A DNA stretch of 64,000 nt, from IMG/VR virus record IMGVR_UViG_3300024987_000055. The stretch is one strand, 5' to 3'. This DNA comes from a virus. Below the pieces are notes generated by a model that saw nothing but the letters and a program-made list of their open reading frames with translations, searched no databases and was not told the origin of the DNA. Shown piece by piece: positions 55,156 to 64,000 of the stretch (position 1 is its first letter; each line of letters opens with the position of its first letter). The position numbers and the translations under genes are program-made.

Positions 55156-56708
55156 AGTTGTATATTTAAAACCGGCTTTTCATACTGGAACTGCTTCCGC
55201 AGCTCATCAAAAAACCAGCTGGATGTTATGTCTTTGTGCCACTGATCGTAATTTTTACCATTCATATGGCACCATTCTTTTACTTTCTCCTGGTAGAGTT
55301 CAAGCAGGTTATAGGCAATTGTGTCGTTCATGCCCGTTTGGGAATCCTTGGCCTGCTGTATAATAATTTGCTTCACCGCATGGATGGCCCCATATGGATT
55401 TGCACCTCGCTGCTGAACCTGCTCAACTATGCCGGTGATATTTATCGATGATGAGATCAATTCAAACTCCACGGAAGCCTTATCGTATTGCGGTGCTTTC
55501 TGAGATTGCTCAGCACCACAAAATGGACATACCCGGGCCTGCAGGGAAATGATCGCCTCGCATTGCTCGCACAATTTGACCGGTGCAGCACCATCAGCTT
55601 TCTGCTTACCAGGCTTGGGTGGATTATGGAAAATAAAATGCCAATCACGGGGGGTGGACCAGTCGCCATGCCGGAGTGCGTTGCCACCCAAGTCCAGAAT
55701 AATGAAATGATCTTTGTTCTCGAAGGGGCGCGACCCACGACCGGTACATTGTAACCAGAGAGGCAGCGATAAGGTCGCGCGGTTCATGATAACGCATTTA
55801 ATACTGGGTTCATCGAATCCAGCTGTAAGGATGCCAATATTACAAAGTATAGCATCAGGAGTGGCCGCAAACCATTTTAGTATTTCCGCCCGTTCAGCAT
55901 CCGGCATTTCTCCGTCCAGGTGACGCGCATTATAGCCGGCATCTACAAAAGCCTGAGTGACCATCTGGGAATGCTCAACCGAGCAGTTAAAAACTATGGT
56001 CTTTTCGCCTTTAGCATGATCTTCGTAGCCCTTAACGCAATTCATGATGTGCTTAGACTTGGAGTATTCCCGGGACATCTCAAAGGCATCAAATTCACCG
56101 TTTTTTACTTTTAGCTCAGCAGCTGAGACCTGTCCTTTAATGTGGAATGTCTTATTCGGGACCAGTGCGCCTATCTGGATCAGGTCCGGGATATCGGTAC
56201 TACAGATAATTTCATGGTACTGCTCTTTTAAAGGATGTTTTTTAGATGACGATATTGGCGTGGCCGTAAGTCCGACAATAAGTGTTTCCGGGAAATACTG
56301 GTGAATCTTTTTAAAGTTGCCGATATGGGCCTCATCGATCACTACCAGCCCGACATCTCCAAACCAATTTGGGGACTTTTTAAGCCGGTTGTTTGCCGTT
56401 TCCACCATGGTCACATATACCTGGCTATTCGGGTTCCGGTAAGATACACCGGATACTATTGCCTCAGGAAATACGCCATACTGCCCGGCATATGCTTTCC
56501 GGAATTGTATAAGTAGCTCATCGCGGTGAACAATGAATAAGACTTTCTTATCCGGCATAGCCTGGCAGAACCGATGAATAAGGGCTGATGCGGTGATGGT
56601 CTTTCCTCCGCCGGTGGGCAATTGGAATATCAAGCGCATCAGCCCGGAAGCGTAAGCAGCAGCAATGTTGTCATTACCTGTCTGCTGGTAAGGTCTGAGT
56701 GTTTTCAT
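55152..56708 (-). CDS. SF2 DEAD/DEAH-box helicase with Zn finger
   Basis: LPTGGGKT, DEAH, TATP, GFDEP, QCTGRGSR, CEQC..CPFC. Confidence 0.95.
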   Translation of the reverse strand: MKTLRPYQQTGNDNIAAAYASGLMRLIFQLPTGGGKTITASALIHRFCQAMPDKKVLFIVHRDELLIQFRKAYAGQYGVFPEAIVSGVSYRNPNSQVYVTMVETANNRLKKSPNWFGDVGLVVIDEAHIGNFKKIHQYFPETLIVGLTATPISSSKKHPLKEQYHEIICSTDIPDLIQIGALVPNKTFHIKGQVSAAELKVKNGEFDAFEMSREYSKSKHIMNCVKGYEDHAKGEKTIVFNCSVEHSQMVTQAFVDAGYNARHLDGEMPDAERAEILKWFAATPDAILCNIGILTAGFDEPSIKCVIMNRATLSLPLWLQCTGRGSRPFENKDHFIILDLGGNALRHGDWSTPRDWHFIFHNPPKPGKQKADGAAPVKLCEQCEAIISLQARVCPFCGAEQSQKAPQYDKASVEFELISSSINITGIVEQVQQRGANPYGAIHAVKQIIIQQAKDSQTGMNDTIAYNLLELYQEKVKEWCHMNGKNYDQWHKDITSSWFFDELRKQFQYEKPVLNIQL

Positions 56709-56871
56709 TTTTCACTTTAAACAATTTCAGAATGTCAATTAAGGGCTCGATGTTCTCCCTTTCTATAAACACCGGATTTGTACCGATACTCAGCGCGATA
56801 TGCTGCGGATGCGACTTGTCTATGACCAGATCAGGGATGCTGAGCTGTTCAATGATGATTCTATTATTCAT
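56674..56871 (-). CDS. Hypothetical protein
   Basis: 65 aa in the early operon. Confidence 0.55.
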   Translation of the reverse strand: MNNRIIIEQLSIPDLVIDKSHPQHIALSIGTNPVFIERENIEPLIDILKLFKVKNENTQTLPADR

Positions 56872-56898
56872 AAAATAAAAAAGAGCGCTTAGTGCGCT

Positions 56899-57247
56899 CT
56901 AAAATTTGTCATGTTCATTTTTTACAAACTCCACCGCCACCTTCTGGACGTGTGGGATAAAAATGTAAGGAAATGTGCCTTTGGCAACATCCTGGCATAA
57001 AATTTCCTTTACTTCAAAAAGCTTTAGGTTGTAAGCAAGTCGATCCCCAACAAATACCGGTTCTGCCGGATTGATAATCAGGCTTATTTCAGACCGGCCA
57101 CATTCAATGCTTTTTACCGGCTTTTTATTGCCTTTGTCGTCCTCTATTTCGCGGATAACCTCTTTCGATGCAATACGCTTTGTATTGATCATATAGGGGG
57201 GGGGTAAGCCTTCCGTGGAAGCTGCCCTGAATATTTAGTGTTCTCAT
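56899..57247 (-). CDS. Hypothetical protein, apparently frameshifted at a C9 tract
   Basis: ATG at 57247 overlaps the upstream stop (ATGA); C8 instead of C9 would join it in frame to ORF 56899-57192. Confidence 0.5.
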
Positions 57248-57477
57248 AAAATTAAATGCCCGGAACCGCCGGGCGCGGGTTGATTAATTAACGATAAAGT
57301 GTTATAGCGTTCGCGATTATCACTCAATTTTGATAGGACATGGTCAAATATTGAGCTCATTGCACCTACGGTATAAGAAGGATAATTGTCCCCTGCGGCT
57401 TCCTTAGCTTCTGCTTCCAGGCCGGTTAACCTGTTCATAATAAATTCTACCAATTCTTGATCACGTTTTTTTGACAT
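57244..57477 (-). CDS. Hypothetical protein
   Basis: 77 aa in the early operon. Confidence 0.6.
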   Translation of the reverse strand: MSKKRDQELVEFIMNRLTGLEAEAKEAAGDNYPSYTVGAMSSIFDHVLSKLSDNRERYNTLSLINQPAPGGSGHLIL

Positions 57478-57481
57478 ATAC

Positions 57482-57811
57482 TTACCGGTTATCGGGAGCC
57501 GGGGCCGTTTTGTTGGTTAACGATTTTTTAAAATATTGATATACCCACCTTTTATATCTTTTCTCTAGCTCATTCTCCACTTCATCGTGTGTTCTCTTAT
57601 GTTCTTTGTAGACGATTAAAGTTCGTCCTGCAGGTGTATGCAGGTAAAACTCTAGGGTTGCCATACGCCTTTGTTTTCCGTGCTTCGTATACTCGTCGTT
57701 TCCGTCTCTTCTGTAACTAAACTCGATATCTTCAATCCCTTTTGCACCAGATTTTATGATAAGACTCCAAATTTGGTACTTGGTATATTCAATTCTATCA
57801 AGCGAATTCAT
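57482..57811 (-). CDS. Hypothetical protein
   Basis: 109 aa, bracketed by 28-bp direct repeats. Confidence 0.65.
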   Translation of the reverse strand: MNSLDRIEYTKYQIWSLIIKSGAKGIEDIEFSYRRDGNDEYTKHGKQRRMATLEFYLHTPAGRTLIVYKEHKRTHDEVENELEKRYKRWVYQYFKKSLTNKTAPAPDNR

Positions 57812-57844
57812 TCTTTTTACCGGGTATCGGGAGCCGGGGCCGTT
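57482..57844. repeat. 28-bp direct repeat at the 3' ends of two adjacent genes
   Basis: 57482-57509 and 57817-57844, one mismatch; both encode TAPAPD(N/T)R*. Confidence 0.9.
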
Positions 57845-58419
57845 AAAAAAGTTATACTGTTTTCGACCTGATTACCGAATACATCCCAACCTGCGCGCTG
57901 ATTACGAGCAAACATTTCCAGGCGCTTACCTGGAGATACTTGTTCAATCAATTCTGCAAATACTTCTGGTTTTTTACTGTGACAAGGATAACCGTTGACA
58001 TAAGGTCGTTTGGCTTCGATCACACTTTCGGGTATAATACCTGTAGCCTTTAAGTTACCACGCCTGCAGAACAGTAAAAATTCACTCGTTCCTCTCACCA
58101 TTCCACCTAGGCCGCCGCCCATTTTCTTTTTCTTCCAGGTAATACAGGTTACATATTTAAACCCCCAAGCTTTTATCACCGCCTTTGATTCAAGAAGGTA
58201 TTTGTTCGTTACCCACATGAAAAGATGCGCATCTTTTGCTACTATACTTTTTACAGGAATGGCAGCAATCTCGTCAATTGACATTGTTGGATATGGAAGA
58301 TCAAGGCTCTTGTTATCTACGGGCACCCATAACTGTTTATCACCATCCATTTTATAGCCTGAAAGCTTTCGTCCGCCTTTTTGTTCCCAGGGCGGATCTG
58401 CATATATTACGTTGTACAT
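57817..58419 (-). CDS. MT-A70 family adenine methyltransferase
   Basis: YNVIYADPPW, YPTMS, LFMWVTN, HSKKP, EMFAR..GW..FGNQ. Confidence 0.92.
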   Translation of the reverse strand: MYNVIYADPPWEQKGGRKLSGYKMDGDKQLWVPVDNKSLDLPYPTMSIDEIAAIPVKSIVAKDAHLFMWVTNKYLLESKAVIKAWGFKYVTCITWKKKKMGGGLGGMVRGTSEFLLFCRRGNLKATGIIPESVIEAKRPYVNGYPCHSKKPEVFAELIEQVSPGKRLEMFARNQRAGWDVFGNQVENSITFLTAPAPDTR

Positions 58420-58428
58420 TCGTTATAG

Positions 58429-59067
58429 TTATTTTGTCATATAATATTTAAAAGCCAAATAGTTTAATTCGCGCTCGCCAATCTTCCAAAGCCTATCGCC
58501 TTCTTGCATAGTAATCAGGAAGACCTTACGATTCACTTTAGACACACCGAAGACTATTGCTTTTTTTGTGCAGGTGAGCCTGCAGTATAAAACCATCTGG
58601 CGAGGGTAGCTGAACTGCACGAATGCTGATTCAAATTGCTTTTTTGTGGCAGCAAAGGTTGATTTTAGGTCCGATACAATACCTGGCACAAAGAAGTCAA
58701 GCTTTGCCTTTACATCCAGGGCAAAAGAAAAGCCCTCATATTCGAATTGAAATGAGGGCTGATATAGTTCCTTCTGTAGTTCCGGTTGGCACCGGATAAA
58801 ATCCTGATACAACTTGTCTTCCTGAAGGGCCTTATACATTAACCGGGAATTCTCATACTCAACAGGTGTAAAGGTGTAATCCGTGTCAAAAATCCGATTC
58901 TGTATCAGATCTATCTTTTCAGGTTCCGTCACAACAGCATCAAACAGGCTGCCCAGTCGGTAGGCATTGTAAGTATCTATATCTATTTCCGGAAAGATTC
59001 CCAGGGTGCGGCCGAGCTTTGTAAGCCCGGAGTTAGAGCAAAATGGATGGGCGAAGTAGTCGGGCAT
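58429..59067 (-). CDS. PD-(D/E)XK exonuclease (RecE/Exo VIII C-terminal-like)
   Basis: SNSGL, LGSLFD, KAKLD....SDLKST, Y.RQM..Y. Confidence 0.8.
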   Translation of the reverse strand: MPDYFAHPFCSNSGLTKLGRTLGIFPEIDIDTYNAYRLGSLFDAVVTEPEKIDLIQNRIFDTDYTFTPVEYENSRLMYKALQEDKLYQDFIRCQPELQKELYQPSFQFEYEGFSFALDVKAKLDFFVPGIVSDLKSTFAATKKQFESAFVQFSYPRQMVLYCRLTCTKKAIVFGVSKVNRKVFLITMQEGDRLWKIGERELNYLAFKYYMTK

Positions 59068-59087
59068 ATGAAACTAAAGATTATTAA

Positions 59088-59294
59088 CTAAAAGCCTTTT
59101 GCTTTTAAATTATCAATTGCTTTTTGTTGTTTTTTAGGAAGACAATTGTAGCACAAATGCTCGTACTTTCTTCCTTTATTCAAAGACCAACCCTCACGCC
59201 AAAATTTCTCATTATAGCTATCGTTCGGGGCGACAGATTCTTTTTGACACTTGTCACATTTAATAGTGGTCGTGCTTTCTCCTGTTGTTATCAT
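59088..59294 (-). CDS. Small Zn-finger-like protein
   Basis: CDKC ... CYNC. Confidence 0.6.
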   Translation of the reverse strand: MITTGESTTTIKCDKCQKESVAPNDSYNEKFWREGWSLNKGRKYEHLCYNCLPKKQQKAIDNLKAKGF

Positions 59295-59295
59295 T

Positions 59296-60474
59296 CTATT
59301 TCATTTTCATTGCCCTGGTGGAAAAATCATCTTCAGTGGGCACGCCCTCGATGACGGTACCTTTATTTAGCTCTTTATTGGCGGCCGTGAACATGAAAGA
59401 AAATTTCTTCAGTGCATCGTCTACCGTCATCAGGCTCATTTGGTTGGTGATCCACCATTGAATTATGGGCAAGATTTCCTTGTGCGATTTGGGAGCATAT
59501 TTCTGCTTATGTACTGTTCCTTTCGTTTGCTCAACAGTAGGAGCGATGGCCGCTTCCGCAAAAGAATTACCGAGCTTTTCGGTGTTGGCTTTAGCTTCAA
59601 ACGCTTCAATGTTTTGCGCTGATTCAAGCACTATGCTTTGAGCGATACTATTCTGCTCTTCCTGGATTCGGGCGGCAGCTGCTTCTGCAGCGCTGGCATC
59701 GGCGGCAATAGTGGCCAGTTCAGCCACGCGTCCCGGGATGAGTGCGGTATATCGCTCAGCTTCCTGCTTGATCTTTTCTGTATAAGCATTTGACAGCAGA
59801 GGAAGGGTTTCGTTGTAAGTCTTGTAAAAGATCTGATTCAGTTCTTCGACTGGTAGAGCCGGTGGATTTATTGGCTGAACATTGAATTCAATAAGCGGGT
59901 ACCTGTCCGTGGTGATCGTTTGCATAAACGCTACTAATTCAGCCTGCGTGCCTTGCTTATAAAAATCCTTTGAAATAAATTCAAGTGTCACAGCCAGTGC
60001 ACCGGTGTAAATACGGTCCATGTCCTGCTGGATCCGGAAAGCAAAATCAACCTTAGCATTTTCAAGCGCTACCTTAGCTGCGCTTTCTTCCTGTGCCTTC
60101 TTAACTCTTAAGTGCTTTTCAGCTGCCCAGGCATTGGACCAGGTGACCAAACGCTTGGCCTCAGTATCGATAGCATTTTCAGCAGCCGTAAACATCGATT
60201 TAATCTCATCCATCTTCCTGGTGATCGGCATGCGGCGCTCCTTATTCATGTCAATGGCCTGCTTTGCCCGTGACCGAAGGTCATTCACCTGGCTTTCAAC
60301 ACCATCACCAGAGATTACATCTAATGCACTCAGGTCAGAGGGTAAAATAATTGCTTGCATGGCAGCAATCGCCCGGGAGGTTAGTTCTTGATTTTGGGTT
60401 AGTACTTCCGGGAGCGTTTCTAAAGAAATACCCCCATTTGTTATGGGGGTATTAGGAATTAATGCTTGTTCCAT
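59296..60474 (-). CDS. Coiled-coil protein of the recombination module
   Basis: Ala/Glu/Gln-rich helical protein; RMPITRKMDE. Confidence 0.65.
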   Translation of the reverse strand: MEQALIPNTPITNGGISLETLPEVLTQNQELTSRAIAAMQAIILPSDLSALDVISGDGVESQVNDLRSRAKQAIDMNKERRMPITRKMDEIKSMFTAAENAIDTEAKRLVTWSNAWAAEKHLRVKKAQEESAAKVALENAKVDFAFRIQQDMDRIYTGALAVTLEFISKDFYKQGTQAELVAFMQTITTDRYPLIEFNVQPINPPALPVEELNQIFYKTYNETLPLLSNAYTEKIKQEAERYTALIPGRVAELATIAADASAAEAAAARIQEEQNSIAQSIVLESAQNIEAFEAKANTEKLGNSFAEAAIAPTVEQTKGTVHKQKYAPKSHKEILPIIQWWITNQMSLMTVDDALKKFSFMFTAANKELNKGTVIEGVPTEDDFSTRAMKMK

Positions 60475-60479
60475 ATCTA

Positions 60480-61025
60480 TTAAAATGGCAATTGCCCTGG
60501 GTTTTGTGGGTTAAAATTAGGTTGCTGCTGCTGAGCTGGTGGCGCTGGTGGTGTCCATTGCTGCTGCTGCTGCGGTTGTCCGTACTGCGGTTGTGCCTGC
60601 TGAGCCGGTGGCGCTGCCGGGGGTGTCCATTGCTGCTGTGGCACCTGTTGTTGAGCTGGCTGGTTGTACTGTTGCTGCTGAGGTGCAGGAGCAGCATATT
60701 GCTGTGCTGGTGGGGCGTATTGCTGCTGCTGTACTTGTACTGGTTCAATCTTCCAGGCATTGATATTGGTAATCACTGTTTCACCCTGCTGGCCATTAAA
60801 TAGACTACCACGAAGGTTGTAAGAAACCTTAATCACATCGCCAACTTTGTACTGGTCGATAAGACTGGTATTGTTATTTACCAACTGCAACATGATAAAG
60901 TTCGGGTAAGTCTGCCCGTTGTTGGTTTCGGATACGTCCAGGATAAAGTTTCTGTGTGAGAAAGTCTGGGTACGTTGCACCGGTTGGTCGATACGATAAA
61001 TTTTTCCTGTTACTTGATTTGACAT
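60480..61025 (-). CDS. DUF3127 family SSB-like protein
   Basis: VTGKI, F..RNFIL, GDVIKVSYNLRG, NINAWKI; Q/P-rich tail ending LPF. Confidence 0.85.
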   Translation of the reverse strand: MSNQVTGKIYRIDQPVQRTQTFSHRNFILDVSETNNGQTYPNFIMLQLVNNNTSLIDQYKVGDVIKVSYNLRGSLFNGQQGETVITNINAWKIEPVQVQQQQYAPPAQQYAAPAPQQQQYNQPAQQQVPQQQWTPPAAPPAQQAQPQYGQPQQQQQWTPPAPPAQQQQPNFNPQNPGQLPF

Positions 61026-61036
61026 TGTATTTAAAT

Positions 61037-61888
61037 TTAAAATGGTTCGTTGCTTTGAGAATTATTAGGATAAGGCTGTTGCGCGTATGGTTGCGATTGC
61101 GGTTGTGCCTGTTGGTGTGTGGGTGGTGATACGATATAGGCCGGTGCATAATTGCCAGACGGCTGCGCTATTGACTCTGGCAGGGCTTCTTCTGTATTAT
61201 CCGCACCTATGCTGAATGCAAACGGTGTTTTGCGGACTTTACGAAGTGCATGTTTTATAAGTTTGGTTTGCACAAAGCTTTCATCATCATACATGGCTGG
61301 ATTTTGGCTTTTGGCCCTGAGTTCTTTTAGTCGCTCAGATGATAACCAGGATAATTCCCGACTGCCGTCCGGGTAGACCACGTAGATATATCCTGCCAGC
61401 ATACCTTCCAGGGTAAATTTAGGCCTTCCTTCAAAAAACATGGTGTGCTGTGCCACTTGCTTACCATCCGGTGTATTAGATATAGAGAACTGTTCCCCAC
61501 GCCAGACAAGCACCGGTTCAGAGCAGTGGTCGATAGCTCCGGACTTTTGTGCCAGGTAAATTTCACCGTCAGCGGTTACCTTATAGCCGATATTTACGCC
61601 GGTACCCTTCATTCTGGATAGGTAGATGTGATTCGCGATAGACGAAAGTGAAAGCCCCGACTGCATTACCTCCAGGAAGATGTTCGCTCCGGTCTCAATA
61701 GTGATCTGAGCGTTTGCATTTTTCGGGTCCGAAAGGTATAATTTCAATCGGGACATATAGTTTGACAGTTCAGCGGTAACAATCCGCTTTGCCTCATCTT
61801 CTGAAACTATATGCGTTTTCTGGGCTATCTGCTCATAGATAGCAATACGGGACATTATTTGCCCGTACAATTGTTCAATAATTTGCAT
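61037..61888 (-). CDS. recT: RecT-like ssDNA annealing protein
   Basis: GLSL.....Y, GEIYLA.KSG, KT.IKHAL pattern; next to SSB and exonuclease genes. Confidence 0.75.
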   Translation of the reverse strand: MQIIEQLYGQIMSRIAIYEQIAQKTHIVSEDEAKRIVTAELSNYMSRLKLYLSDPKNANAQITIETGANIFLEVMQSGLSLSSIANHIYLSRMKGTGVNIGYKVTADGEIYLAQKSGAIDHCSEPVLVWRGEQFSISNTPDGKQVAQHTMFFEGRPKFTLEGMLAGYIYVVYPDGSRELSWLSSERLKELRAKSQNPAMYDDESFVQTKLIKHALRKVRKTPFAFSIGADNTEEALPESIAQPSGNYAPAYIVSPPTHQQAQPQSQPYAQQPYPNNSQSNEPF

Positions 61889-61898
61889 TATGATTTAT

Positions 61899-63074
61899 TT
61901 AATAGATGATACTTAATCCTTCTGGGGTCTTCACCCGGCTCAAGGCTACATATAGCTGCCCTTCCTGGAAGCATGGAGAAGTGAGGTCAATGGTACATTC
62001 TTCAAAAGTGAGGCCCTGGCTTTTATGAATGCTTATAGCATAGGCCAGTTTAAAGGGATATTGCGAGATGCTCCCGATTTCTCGCAGTTCAATCTCATCG
62101 CTTTCTTCATTGTAGATATATTCCTTTTTAGTAAAGGTCTTGATCTCCAATGGATACTCAATATTGTTTACCTTAATAAAATAGTTGTCATCCTTGCCAA
62201 CGATGAAGGTTCCCAGAGTGCCGTTACAAAGTGGAGTGTTCGGGCTGTTTACCAGGTACATGATCTTTGCACCGTGTTTTACGTTTATGATCGGTTCCAG
62301 ATTAAAGTCTGATATTTTAGCATCACCTTCAATGATGGCATCAAAAGAATACGCCTTCTCATCTTTGATATTATCCAGGCCGAGCTTGTTATATTTGGCT
62401 ACAGTTGAGTTGTAGGGAGCCAGGATAACGCCTTTTTGCCCTTTGCCTATGAATTGCCGGAAGTAGCCCGATTTGCCTCCCTCGCGAACAATGTTAAGGT
62501 TCTCAATGAATTCAGGATTATCCTGCCTGAGCACGTCGGTCAGTTCAATAACCTTTGGTTTGATCTTTGTGAATATCCTGGCGGAGTCGAACTGTACTGA
62601 ACTGTACATACCCAAAAGAATAGATTTTGTATTGTCGTCTGCCACTGGTGGCAGCTGCTTTAGGTCACCTACAAGAATTACCTGTTTGTTAAACAAGGAG
62701 CCGCAGCCGTTCTTCTGCATGGTCATGTTAATAGCATCGAGCAGATCCGGGCGAAGCATAGAAACTTCATCAATAATGAAGGTGTCAACTTTACGGATAA
62801 TGTCACGCTTCTGGCTTTTAAGGAATCTGCAGTCTTCGAACTTTATCACACCGAAAGGCTGAACATTAAAAAAGGAGTGAATCGTTTGCCCTTCTATATT
62901 TGTTGCGGCTATTCCGGTAGGTGCCAGGGCAACTACTTGCTTGCCTTCCTTTTTGAGCGCCTGAATCACCTGCTTTACAATGTAAGACTTCCCTGTTCCG
63001 GCTTTACCTGTGAGGAAAATATTTTCACCTTCCAGAGCGGCATTTAAGAATGTGTTTTGAGATTCTGTGAGCAT
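61899..63074 (-). CDS. PIF1/RecD-like SF1B helicase
   Basis: TGKAGTGKS, DEVSM, GDLKQLPPV, YAISIHKSQG, GQLYVALSR. Confidence 0.95.
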   Translation of the reverse strand: MLTESQNTFLNAALEGENIFLTGKAGTGKSYIVKQVIQALKKEGKQVVALAPTGIAATNIEGQTIHSFFNVQPFGVIKFEDCRFLKSQKRDIIRKVDTFIIDEVSMLRPDLLDAINMTMQKNGCGSLFNKQVILVGDLKQLPPVADDNTKSILLGMYSSVQFDSARIFTKIKPKVIELTDVLRQDNPEFIENLNIVREGGKSGYFRQFIGKGQKGVILAPYNSTVAKYNKLGLDNIKDEKAYSFDAIIEGDAKISDFNLEPIINVKHGAKIMYLVNSPNTPLCNGTLGTFIVGKDDNYFIKVNNIEYPLEIKTFTKKEYIYNEESDEIELREIGSISQYPFKLAYAISIHKSQGLTFEECTIDLTSPCFQEGQLYVALSRVKTPEGLSIIY

Positions 63075-63403
63075 ATTATTTCATTTTGGTCGATGGCCAT
63101 TTGAGCATTTACAAACCTTATATTGATCTGACCGCGAACAAATCCTATAGTTTCGGCAAGGGACTTCAAGGTGGTTTGGATGTATTGCGTTTGCTTGAAC
63201 CTAAAAGGATGATAGAGATTTTGCATGAAGTACCGGTCCACGCTGTTCAGTTGCGGGTGGGATATACAGGAATGTGCCATTTTTACAATGTGCATAGCCT
63301 GGCGGTCAAACATTTCCTTTTCGGCCTGACTACTGAAGCCATGATCAAAGAATGTTGGGGCAGGGTGAACGAAAGTCAGCAGGGATGATAATATGTCTTT
63401 CAT
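63044..63403 (-). CDS. Hypothetical protein
   Basis: 119 aa in the early operon. Confidence 0.55.
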   Translation of the reverse strand: MKDILSSLLTFVHPAPTFFDHGFSSQAEKEMFDRQAMHIVKMAHSCISHPQLNSVDRYFMQNLYHPFRFKQTQYIQTTLKSLAETIGFVRGQINIRFVNAQMAIDQNEIICSQNLKTHS

Positions 63404-63816
63404 ATAAACTGAAAATTTATAAGTTCTGGATTGTCGTGAATATTGCCGATTACTTCCATCTTATGACCTAAATAGTGCGCTAATACTGTAGAATAATCTG
63501 AAACATCATTTGCATCCTTAGAGGCAAATGAGCCTGGAATTGATAAGACAAATTCTGTAAAAGTTGATTTTTGACCACATAGCTCAATGGTTCTTTGAAT
63601 AACATCACCCTCGTATATATCAACACCGTTTTTGTCTTTCAGGCCGGTGAATTGACCGACAGTTTTTTGGTCTACTCGCCACCAAAACTCAGCATTGAAA
63701 TACTCATCATCAAAATCTACCATTTCTCCAACTATGAAATCAGGTGATATTAAGTTCCCTTCTATCCATTCTCCATCATTAGTCTTTTTTCCCCTAAATT
63801 TGATTTCTCTATTCAT
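63400..63816 (-). CDS. YopX family protein
   Basis: REIKFRG, VGQFTGLKDKNG.DIYEGD, EVIGNIHDNPEL. Confidence 0.93.
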   Translation of the reverse strand: MNREIKFRGKKTNDGEWIEGNLISPDFIVGEMVDFDDEYFNAEFWWRVDQKTVGQFTGLKDKNGVDIYEGDVIQRTIELCGQKSTFTEFVLSIPGSFASKDANDVSDYSTVLAHYLGHKMEVIGNIHDNPELINFQFI

Positions 63817-64000
63817 TTAAGTTAGTTTGATTATTATTTAAAAAAATGGCACTAGGCAGTACCCGCCCCTTTGCTGCTCTTATTGCAAAAAATACCTAAC
63901 AAGGGGATAGGCTCACCCAGCAAAAGACAGAGCAGCTTTGTTTTACCCAGCCTTTAGGTTCAGCACAAGGGTTATGATTGGATGAATTAGATAAAAAATT

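Larger units (their letters stand above)
25247..64000. mobile_element. Temperate myovirus prophage (lambda-like head, Mu-like tail); right end outside window
   Basis: att, integrase, lysis, head, tail, terminase, replication and recombination genes; structural ORFs look uninterrupted. Confidence 0.93.

Noticed and set aside
60480-60760. CAG/GCT-rich repeats as a satellite; ORFs 60452-60760, 60462-60803 and 60539-60763
   Set aside because: Explained by the Q/P/A-rich tail of the DUF3127 protein; overlapping ORFs are frame shadows.
343-63388. Numerous antisense or nested ORFs in the track (e.g. 343-543, 12631-13047, 14679-15074, 30205-30633, 34630-35082, 38724-39242, 62473-62862)
   Set aside because: They lie wholly opposite or within well-supported genes and have no recognisable motifs.

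Overview
The window looks like a Bacteroidota genome (Sphingobacteriaceae-like by gene content; this is inference) and holds two adjacent mobile elements. (1) 1-~25.15 kb is the distal half of a CTnDOT-type conjugative element. It carries the 3' end of traG, apparently preceded by the tail of a group II intron, then traI-J-K-L-M-N-O-Q, a katE catalase, a stand-alone PRTase, a PRTRC (E1/E2/Ub-like) cassette, and an ssb-DUF932 operon behind a ~200-nt rod-like hairpin. Inside decayed int/mobC remnants sits an intact, AT-rich four-gene operon: GHKL ATPase-histidine kinase fusion, response regulator, unknown His-motif protein, adenine methyltransferase. This operon is the best candidate for a poorly described defence system. 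(2) Two tRNA-Ser-like 3' fragments at ~25.1-25.3 kb mark attachment junctions. They are followed by an apparently intact temperate myovirus prophage running off the right edge: integrase, lysis cassette with a likely u-spanin, lambda-like head, Mu-like contractile tail in a shuffled gene order, gpA-type terminase with a cos-like site, VapE primase-helicase with ori-like iterons, and a RecT recombination module. The late region contains a perfect 95-bp direct repeat 13.3 kb apart, a 27-bp inverted repeat 16 kb apart and an antisense ribbon-helix-helix gene. All family assignments come from motif recognition by eye; no database searches were run.
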